From NCBI GenBank assembly GCA_951406725.2, contig OX597815.1:26598001-26662000 (forward strand): a stretch of DNA of 64,000 nucleotides. Reading direction: 5' to 3'. The stretch comes from Octopus vulgaris. Its lineage: Eukaryota. Positions within the stretch are counted from its first letter, which is position 1. Every line of letters starts with the position of its first letter. Positions 53,700 to 64,000 of this stretch are shown piece after piece. The translations under genes and the position numbers were made by a program. The notes beneath the pieces are model-generated. The model saw only the letters and a program-made list of their open reading frames with translations. It had not been told where the DNA came from and did not search any database.

Positions 53700-54290
53700 A
53701 ATTTAGAAATAAATCTCTATTTTCTGCTTTGGTCTGGAAAAAAGCTTTCTCAGATGAATCCAGATTTGCGTTATATTCAGACAGTGGATGTGTTTGGGTT
53801 TGGGGGCTTGCCAATCAATAATTTGATTTGAAACGACTCCAGCCAGCTGTGAAACAAGGCGGTATCTCTGTAATGGTATGGGGAGCTGTCACCAGCAATG
53901 GCCGTTCTGAGCTGATAGAATGTGTTGGAACCATAAACTCTGAAAAATACATCGAAATACTTAAGCAAGGACTACTTCCGATGTATTCACACGATAACAT
54001 AACGAAAAATTAGTTTTATTCATGGAAGATGGGGCTCCATGCCACACAGCGAAAAGGAATCATCAATGGGATCAAAAAGCTTCCTTGGCCGAGCCAATCT
54101 CCTGACATGAACCCAGCCGAAAATCTTTGGAGCATACTAGATAGAGCTATAAAGACGAATTGTTTCGATTGTTGCGTGAAAAGTGGGCAGAAATTCCACA
54201 AGAGACAATCACAAAACTCATTAGTTCAATGCCAAAAAGAGTTTCTGAATTAAAAACTGCAAAGGGAATGTCAACTAAATACTAAAGTAT
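53700..54290 (+). mobile_element. Tc1-like transposase fragment (DDE domain)
   Basis: [60 protein letters not shown]...KGMSTKY*. Frameshifted. Confidence 0.92.
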
Positions 54291-54397
54291 GTAGTCCTAC
54301 CTATCGATTACAATTCAGTTGTTCGCTTTGTGTATTAAATAAAAGATTTTGAAAATTAAAGGTGTCTATTTACTTCTTGCATATCTGTATATATGTG

Positions 54398-54474
<77 letters not shown>

Positions 54475-54547
54475 CAATACTGGGAGGAAGAGAAATAGAA
54501 CGAAGCGACGAATCGAATCGAACCTGACGCGAACGCGCTGTCAGACA

Positions 54548-54802
54548 ATAATGTAATAAATAAAATATATGCATACATACAAACATATATGTACGTACCT
54601 ACATCTACATGTATATATACATGCATATATAAATATATATACGTGAGTACAGGACACCACCGTTTTCGTTTTTCGTTGAGTTCTACGTCTAGTTGTGGTG
54701 TCCTGTACTCACGTATATATATTTATATATGCATATATATATACATGTAGATGTAGGTACGTACATATATGTTTGTATGTATGCATATATTTTATTTATT
54801 AC

Positions 54803-54807
<5 letters not shown>
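54548..54807. repeat. Long inverted repeat, 113-bp arms, 34-nt spacer
   Basis: 54548-54660 versus 54695-54807, with one mismatch seen. Confidence 0.95.
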
Positions 54808-54885
<78 letters not shown>

Positions 54886-55103
54886 AGAGTTTACGAAAAA
54901 AACAAAAGACGAAGACGGGTGGTGTACAAAACAAACAGATGTATTAGTATAACGCTCAGGAATAGAAAAAGTCTTTTACGTTTCGAGTCTATGTATAAAT
55001 TACCACAATATGGAAAACGCTAAATCACATTTCTCTCTCAGTTACCCCACCCTCTCTCCCTCTCTCTTTCACTGTCTCTTTATTACACACACGTCCACAC
55101 ACA

Positions 55104-55140
<37 letters not shown>

Positions 55141-55271
55141 TCTCTTTCTCTCTCTCTCGTGAAAAAGAGAAAGCTGTGGCTGTGCTGAGTGAAGTGGAAA
55201 AGAAAGTATTATAAATAGATACAGATTAGATAAATAAATAGATTGGTGAGAGATTGACAGAGTTGGTTGAA

Positions 55272-55319
<48 letters not shown>

Positions 55320-55829
55320 AGAGTTGATAGCGAAAGAATAATCAGGTGAGCAGACAAGGCAATATATGGTGGGATGAAAAAAAAGAGTGAGAGAAACGTA
55401 TATTGCGAGTAAGTGCGGAGAGGAGCAAAGAAAAAAGATAGAGCTGTAACGTAATAAAACAACGGAGATGAACAGAGTGAGTGAACGATATGGTGAATTC
55501 TATATATAGAAGAGACAGTGACAGAGAGAGAGAGAGGTGGGTAGAAAGAGATAGAGAGTAATGTGTATATGGCATCGAAGCTGTGGTGGATGAAGACTTT
55601 GGGAAATGAAGTAAATAGATGGATGCAAAATTTTATGAAAAGTAAAGTAAGACGAAAATATACATAGGCAAGAACTATTCAAAGAAATCAGAAATAATCA
55701 GAGTCGTTTTTGACAGGTATTACCATAGTCTATGTGCGTAATGCGTGTGACTACATGTGTACGCGTGTGTGTGCACGCGCATAGGTTTGTGTATTTATAT
55801 ATGTAAAAGTCTAAAATCTATATATAAAC

Positions 55830-55995
<166 letters not shown>

Positions 55996-56549
55996 AGAAG
56001 GGGGAGGGAGAGAGAGTGAAAAAAATTGTTATTAATCCAAACAAGTGGAGAAATAGAAGAAATGAAGTCGAAAATGCACAAAGAATATATCAGAATTAAT
56101 TAGAATTTAATTATATTTTAAAATATAGGAATATATTTTGACCTTATCTACACTTCATCGGTTTCTCAACAAAAGCTTGTCCTGATTTAAATTTATAAGT
56201 CGTGTTCTCAATTGGATAAGCCACATTTTTTAACTGTTGGAGGTGAGTCCGTTGTTGGTTGTTTCGCGTTGGTAAGTAGTTTTTTAGGGATTTTGATTGC
56301 CTTTTGTATTTGAGTATTCAAGTGCCTTTTTCATTTTGGGTCTAAGGTCAATAACAGTATGCTCTGATTGTTTCTTGGGATGTATGTTGTAATTAAAGAT
56401 AGAGTTTTGGGTGTATCTGAACTGATTTTGGTTTTTCGTATAATTCTTCAATGTCTGTTGCTTTGGCGCGTTTTATTTCAGCAGTTTTAGGAATTACGGA
56501 GATGTACCTGCATAGCAAGTGATTTGATCTGAGATCGTGTGCTGAAACG

Positions 56550-56825
56550 AAAACTATTGCAGCGTGGAAGGTGTTTGTAAGCCATTTAAGAAACACACAA
56601 AAGCCGTTCGATTCACTTCAACATTTAAGTTTAATTTGTCAAAATATTTTCGTCGCTTTAAGACCGCGACCTGTTCACTGACAAAGATCCGTGCTGCATC
56701 TCGGATTTTTGTCTTAAAGCGACGAAAATATTTTGACAAATTAAACTTAAATGTTGAAGTGAATCGAACGGCTTTTGTGTGTTTCTTAAATGGCTTACAA
56801 ACACATTCCACGCTGCAATAGTTTT
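56550..56825. repeat. Long inverted repeat, 115-bp arms, 46-nt spacer
   Basis: 56550-56664 versus 56711-56825, with one mismatch seen. This explains the mirror-image ORFs in the track. Confidence 0.95.
56635..56685 (-). ncRNA. Type I hammerhead ribozyme candidate, G3-C8 core variant
   Basis: UUUGUCA-GUGAACA-G-GUCGC(GGUCUUAAA)GCGAC-GAA-AAUAUU-U^UGACAAA, with 7-bp stem I, 5-bp stem II and palindromic stem III. Confidence 0.65.
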
Positions 56826-57010
56826 AGGAAAGATTAGTCGATAGTATCGACTCCAGTTCTTGACTGGTATTTCGTTTTATCGACCCCCAGAAAGGAAGAA
56901 AGATAAAGGTGACTTCGGTGATATTTGAACTAGAGAGCATAATGATTCGGAAGAAGTTTCACAAAGCATTTTCTAACGCTCTAACAATTCTGCAAGCAAG
57001 TTCGTCGCCT

Positions 57011-57111
<101 letters not shown>

Positions 57112-57114
57112 TCA

Positions 57115-57915
57115 ATTTCGGGCATTTGCTAACGATGTACCGTCTCACCACATATTCTTCGTCCTTAACGCTTGTTCTTGAGCTGCGCATATAAGTGCTT
57201 CGATCTCTATCCTCAGGTCACTCCTCCTCATCCTGTATCTATCCTGGCGTTCGTATATCTTACAAACTGACCGTACATTTTTTTTTTCTCCTTCCATGCT
57301 GTTTCTGTTTTTTGTGCTCTTTTCCTCATCAAGATTTTCGTTCTTTACACAATTAGCAGTTTTAACATCGCCGAACTTTTTCTCATATTTCAACAATGGA
57401 AATTTGAGCTGGTGCACAGCTAGTAGTTGTGTTATATTAAAATGTTTCAACTGTAAGGCAAGTTCAGCTCTCTCGTGGGAATCGTTGAGATAAGTAGTTC
57501 ATTCGTGTTATACATATACCGGACTTCTTGATGAGTAGGATTTACCGAGCAATGAAAATTATAAACTTGGGAGAAAAAATTCACGGTATTTTTTACATAC
57601 CACCCTAAGCTGCTTTCCTCTGTTTCGATATAATCCTGGCAACTGATCAAACTTTTCCCACCCTTTCTCCTGGACAAGTACAGGCTATCGGTGTCACGCT
57701 TAGGGTGGAAGGCTCCGTGCACTGTCAATATTTTTCTCGTCTTCGTATCCATGTTCATCAGTTCTTTCTTTTGCCATTTTATGATTCCAACACCATGCCG
57801 AAGTGATGCTATCGCCCGTGTATTAACTGCTTGAATTTTATTCCAGCCAGTCAATTTTAGTGTTGCAGTCAATGAGCGCAACACCAATCTTAATCTTCGG
57901 AAATATTCCCTCCGT
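57115..57915 (-). mobile_element. R4/Dong-like (RLE-type) non-LTR retrotransposon fragment
   Basis: EYFRRLRLVL...NKIQAVNTRAI...MDTKTRKILTVHGAFHPKRDTDSLYLSRRKGG and EALICAAQEQALRT, typical post-RT motifs. Split by an insertion of about 185 bp. Confidence 0.8.
57398..57583. repeat. Dispersed repeat of about 185 bp, copy 1 (copy 2 at 61280-61464)
   Basis: GGAAATTTGAGCTGGTGCACAG...GGGAGAAAAAATTCA occurs twice with few differences. Confidence 0.9.
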
Positions 57916-58483
<568 letters not shown>

Positions 58484-58854
58484 GGTATGATTTCAAGATG
58501 CTGAAACTCAGGCGTGTCATAGAACGGTTGGTATTAATGCTTAAGTGTTAGCAATAGGTTCTAGATTCTCGGGTAATTAGGTGGAGTGCCAAGTGTCTCT
58601 GGTGGCTGTTTGAAGTCTTAAGGGATTTACAGTAACATATACACAGAAGCTTGCCTGCCAATGAATTTTCTCTACATAAAGACACATGCAAGTATGTGTA
58701 AGTGTATATAAGTATGTGTGTGCAAAAATGTGTGTATATATGTATGTATGTATGTATGTACATATACAAATACACATGTATTTAATACATATATATATAT
58801 CTATAGACGAGTGTGTGCCTACGTGCGCGCATGTGTAGGCATTAGTGTGTGTGC

Positions 58855-58891
<37 letters not shown>

Positions 58892-58914
58892 AGTATATAA
58901 TCAGTGCTAGATAA

Positions 58915-59153
<239 letters not shown>

Positions 59154-59805
59154 TTAATGCTTGTTTTTATGTTCAGCTATAATAAAAATGATTTTACTTT
59201 ATACTTTTGTAAAATACAAATTTATTAACTGGCCGAAAATTCGAAGTTACTGTCAACAACATTCTTGTTTAAAAATGATATATAGATGCACACATACACA
59301 CACGCACACGCACGCACACACACATACACACACGCATATATTGTTTGTATATGTGCACATGTGCGTCTGCTGTGTATGTGTGTTGTGTGTTTGTGTGTAT
59401 GTATGTGTGTGATACGTATGTGCGTGTGTGATACGTGTGTGTGTGTGTGTGTGATACGTGTTAAGAAGTCCTCTTTGGAACCATGAGCTCCAAGGTTCGG
59501 CTACATTATATAGCATCTTGGGCAAGTGTTCTCTTCGCCCCACGCCTTTTGAGTGAATCTGAGTAGACAGAAACTTCGTAGAAACCCGTTCCCATAGACT
59601 GTGCCAATAATTTAAGGATGCAGCCTTGCCACATTTGTGTTACACTGGTTCTACCGAAAAATTATCCTGCCAACCAAACAAATACACACCACTGCGTATA
59701 TCCACACGCACACATACACACAAGCACAACACATACACATTACAGTAAGCAGTGTACATTTATATTTAACAAGTTTCTGTACAGTCGAACCTGAAAAAAC
59801 GTTTG

Positions 59806-59959
59806 ATGGATGTGAGGTAAGAAGCTTGCTTCTCAACCACATAGTTCCGGGTTCAGTCCCACTGCGTGGCACCTTGGGCAAGTGTCTTCTGCTAATCTCT
59901 CGGGCCGACCTAAGCCTTGTAAGTGGATTTGGTAGACAGAAACTTTAAAAAAGCCCATC

Positions 59960-60018
<59 letters not shown>

Positions 60019-60226
60019 TGACTTTGAGTTCGTCCCCACCAAAACCGCTTGACAACCGGTGTTAGTGTGTTTATTGTCTCCGTAACCTAGCGGTTCGGCA
60101 AAAGAATCCGAACTGAATAAGTACTAGGCTTAAGAATAAATCCTGGAGTCGATTTGTTCGACTTAAAATCCTTCAAGGCGGTGCCCCAGCATGGCCGAAG
60201 TCAAAAGACTGAAACAAGTAAAAGAT
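59806..60226 (+). mobile_element. SINE family A copy
   Basis: Colinear with 1172-1566. More degenerate copies at about 37010-37150 (-), 53060-53460 (+) and 59460-59590 (+). Confidence 0.85.
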
Positions 60227-61279
60227 TTTAAAATGTGCGAAAAAACACCGAGCCGGACAATGAATGATGTCATTCGACTGTAGGACATGTATTTCTGCTT
60301 CTTTACGCTTCATCAGCTACAGACACTGAATCTGTCCTTCATAACCCACTTAAACATAATGTAAACAGCAAATAATAAAATGTGCAAACCTTGTCAAGCT
60401 GGATTTAATAAACGGCACATCAAGCAGCGCTGATAAAAATAAAGTTGCGTACATTTATATTTACTACGTTTGTGTGCACTTGAATACGAAAATACCTTCA
60501 CTGCAGTAACACTCTCCTTATAGACAATGTATGTGAAAGCCAGGCGAATTAGGTTATTCGCATATGAAAATGGCAGTTCTTAGTGGACTGTGAACAACGG
60601 ATTTGGTCTTTGTAATTGATGAAGCGTAACAACGCAGAAATTCGTGCCGTACACTCAGTTGCTGGCTGCATGTGTCTCCTTACACTCCGTTTTTAAGAGT
60701 ACTATAGGGATCTCTGCTCCTCAGAGATGGCAGTCTTCAAACCACCACCATCTTATTACGCACACTGTGTGTAACCCCCATCGGAGAACATCTACTATGC
60801 ACTATTTCCACTTCATCTCCAGACGTCAACACTTTGAAACCCTCTAGGCCTACAGTTGTCATCTTGCAGATTTCAAGAAAAACTTATATGCATTGATTTC
60901 TCTAATCTCAGAAGTCCTAAGAAAGTGACAGTAACAGCCTCTTCACCGAAACCAAACCACTGCAAAAAAAAAAAGATCAACGATACCAGCAAATGATTGA
61001 ACCCGTATTATTCGGTAATTATGACGAGATTACCAGTTTTTGGGGGGGTTTTTGTTTGCTTTTACTAACATTATCTTTACCTATCTTACGTCACTTGGAA
61101 ACCATATGAAGACCACAACTTCGCCTTTCAATTGTAATATGCTTTGGGTTACATATTTAAGAGAAAAAAATGTATTCAAAATGAATTAATCACATGCTAT
61201 AGTAATACAAGAGTATCGTGAAATCTTTAACATGATTCGAGTATAGAGAGTGTATGGAAGAGGCTAACTCACCATGAAC

Positions 61280-61464
61280 GGAAATTTGAGCTGGTGCACA
61301 GTTAGTAGTTGTGTTATATTAAAAAGTTTCAACTGTAAGGCAAGTTCAGCTCTCTCGTGGGAATCGTTGAGATAAGTAGTTCAGTCGTGTTATACATACA
61401 CCGGACTTCTTGATGAGTAGGATTTACCGAGCAATGAAAATTATAAACTTGGGAGAAAAAATTC
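61280..61464. repeat. Dispersed repeat of about 185 bp, copy 2
   Basis: Direct-orientation match to 57398-57583. Confidence 0.9.
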
Positions 61465-62323
61465 AGACAGAAAGACTCCAAGAAATGTTCTGGCTGGCAG
61501 AGTCCAGGAGAAAGTCCAGGTTGAAAACGAAAGTGATGACAAAATAATAGCATGTATTACTTTCTGATTTCCTATTCGCCATCTACGTATTAGCCTGCAT
61601 CTGTTAGCATCAACTACCAATATCAAGAACGATTACTCCAGACAAATACTGTTCATAAGGTAATGGCTGACTCAGGTCGAAATCCAAACTACAAAAACAG
61701 GTTTTATTTCAGAATGTTATAAAGAATGCTACAAAACTAGTGTGTGTGTCAAGCTTCTGTTCTTTAACCCGCCATGCGGTTAGGATGTAAAACCTCAATG
61801 AGAGGACTCTACGTGATCAATCGGTTAGAAGTAACAGGTAAATCTTCATCGGATAACACTCTAGCGACGTTATATAGGACACCTTAGATGAGATCCTGAA
61901 TCTGCAAAATAGAAATCGTAGACTGGTTCACGGTTGGAAGGCCTTTTAATCATAACACTCGATTAAAGACATATGCTGGGCGACAACGAAACACCTTATG
62001 CATTGATATATTTAAACTAATAGGTAAGATTTATACACACTTAAACGTGGATGTTCTGTTAGAGCGAGATATACTGCAGTTGATACCAAGAGAGGAACTC
62101 TCATATTGGCTTTTGGTACAAAATGCATTCTTGTTTATTTCTCCCTGCTATCTCCCCACGTTCTCCCCACTTCTTCCCATCTCCCTGCTAGCGATAAAAA
62201 CGAAAGTGCATTTTGCATCAAAAGTCAATATGAAAGTTTCTCTTATGGTATCTACTGCAGTATACTCGTTCAAAAGAACATCCACGTTTAAGCGGGCATA
62301 AATATTACCTCTCGGTATTAATA

Positions 62324-62557
62324 GAAGGCGGCGAGCTGGGAGAAACGTTAGCGCGCCGGGCGAAATGCGTAGCCGTATTTCGTCTGCCGTTACGTTCTGA
62401 GTTCAAATTCCGCCGAGGTCGACTTTGCCTTTCATCCTTTCGGAGTCGATAAAATAAGTACCAGTTACACACTGGGGTCGATGTAATCGACTTAATCCGT
62501 TTGTCTGTCCTTGTTTGTCCCCTATGTGTTTGGCCCCTTGTGGGTAGTAAAGAAATA
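62324..62557 (+). mobile_element. SINE family B
   Basis: Full-length copy with imperfect TSD GGTATTAATA / GGTATCAATA. Degenerate relatives at about 1770-1860 (-), 9460-9620 (-), 35095-35290 (+), 51916-52120 (+), 53500-53662 (-) and 56830-56995 (-). Confidence 0.9.
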
Positions 62558-62587
62558 GGTATCAATACCACCTCTATCACTGGTATA

Positions 62588-62803
62588 CGAGGGGGTACTG
62601 AAAAGTTCCTGGCTTTAGAGGTATCACGAAAGGCCTGGTTGGGGGGCCTAACGTTCCGAGTTCTTTTACAGGGCTTAGAAAACTGAAGGATCGCTGCAGT
62701 AAGTGTGCGAATCTGAGAGGGGAACATTTTCAATAAAATCATAATTAACTGATCTTCCTGTATTTTCTTTTAACAAAGCCAGGATCTTTTCAGCACCCCT
62801 TTG
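62588..62803. mobile_element. Tc1/mariner-type MITE with TA TSD
   Basis: TA|CGAGGGGGTACTGAAAAGTTCCTGGCTTT ... AAAGCCAGGATCTTTTCAGCACCCCTTTG|TA, with imperfect TIRs of about 29 bp. Confidence 0.88.
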
Positions 62804-63158
62804 TATATGTTCAAACTAATGTCCTCATCTCGTTTGATATAATCACAACGATTCGGCCTTTTTCAGATGACTGTCGTACTTGGTAACTTTTACAGAAAGT
62901 ACAACGGCCGAAACAGTACGACTTTAACAACCAAGATGAGTGCACAAGTCCGAATATATTAGTGCACAATAATGATCGTTTTTTGTTTCAGAAATTCAGG
63001 CAAATATATCACGCATACATTCTTTACATCATTCTTACAAACTTGCAAACATTAAAACATGAAAGAATAATAAATTGACTAAACATATATCTGTGTATAT
63101 GTATGTGAGTGTGACTTTGAAAACTTACAAGTGTGCCTGACTTTGTAAACAGATATGC

Positions 63159-63207
<49 letters not shown>

Positions 63208-63603
63208 AGTGTGTGCGTGCATATGAATGTGTGTCAGTGTGTGTGTGCATATGAATGTGTGTCAGTGTGTGCATTTGTGTATCTAATACTATGTTTTTCA
63301 TTCAATATACGTTGTTGACAACTTGAAACTGTTTACTTTACAAACACGCACACAAATGTTTATATGTGTGAATAAGTGTTTGTGTATATACATACACAAA
63401 CATTAAACATTAAGTATAAAGCAAACACAAAACTGGATTAAGACGAGGATTTTGAGGGCTGTCGGCCAGGTGCCTCCAGTGGATAGGCGAAAAGTTATTT
63501 CCTTTGTGAATTCCCCATCAGTGTATATGGTCTGTGAATCAGCTATTTAAAAGGGCTTCAATTAATGAGTGGACACTGTATCACATGCATACATACATAT
63601 GTA

Positions 63604-63646
<43 letters not shown>

Positions 63647-63808
63647 TTAGATATATATATAAAGCTTTTATTTCATAAAAAGCCTTTACTTTTTTTTGAT
63701 TTCCTATGTGCATTTTCGCTTATTTTTCTTCCTACTTTCCCCTTACATTTCCACGTTTAGTTTCTATTTTCTTTTTGCAACATATTTCTATTATATATAT
63801 ATATATAT

Positions 63809-63925
63809 TGGCCTGCTCGCTTAGCCAGCGGGGTGGCGTCATTTGAAGGCTAAAACAATGCGAAGCGCATTGTGACCAGTAATGTGTAGCAACATCTGAT
63901 AGCCTGGTCGGTCGCGGTGATCACG

Positions 63926-63930
<5 letters not shown>
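63809..63930 (+). mobile_element. Short GC-rich insert in a (TA)n tract, probable retroelement 3' end
   Basis: Block of about 120 bp ending GCGGTGATCACGGTGA, flanked by (TA)n on both sides. Confidence 0.45.
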
Positions 63931-63967
<37 letters not shown>

Positions 63968-64000
63968 CTTAATCATATCGAAGGGAAATGGAAATTGATA

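Larger units (their letters stand above)
56100..56825 (-). mobile_element. Penelope-like fragment with inverted (fold-back) terminal repeat
   Basis: Inverted arms 56550-56664 and 56711-56825, and a hammerhead-like motif at 56635-56685. The downstream minus-strand peptide IKRAKATDIEEL...FKSGQAF resembles a PLE thumb/linker. Confidence 0.6.

Noticed and set aside
56554-56821. Two mirror-image 85-aa ORFs on opposite strands
   Set aside because: A direct consequence of the palindrome, not evidence of coding.

Overview
AT-rich, microsatellite-dense eukaryotic genomic DNA. The SINE and retroelement content suggests a coleoid cephalopod, probably Octopus (inference). The only host gene visible is the 3' part of an Lmx1-class LIM-homeodomain gene on the + strand. 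It has seven phase-compatible GT-AG exons from 2721 to 30792: LIM2, a split homeodomain, and the C-terminal NPIDKLYSMQNSYF motif. LIM1 and the start codon lie upstream of the window. The rest is a transposon landscape: three tRNA-derived SINE families (several with target-site duplications), degraded L1/Tx1, RTE, R4/Dong, CR1-like and Penelope-like (GIY-YIG) retroelements, Tc1 fossils, hAT and mariner MITEs, and Helitrons. The most notable signals are: (1) several type-I hammerhead-ribozyme motifs, one with an apparently intact core (40253-40346, - strand) and one with a swapped G3-C8 core pair (56635-56685, - strand); (2) three near-perfect 260-295 bp fold-back palindromes, two turning at hammerhead motifs; (3) a recursive-splice-site-like junction (CAG|GTAAGA) at the 78-nt exon encoding the homeodomain recognition helix. 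Nearly all long ORFs in the supplied track are microsatellite artefacts. Coordinates were read by eye, and transposon boundaries are approximate.
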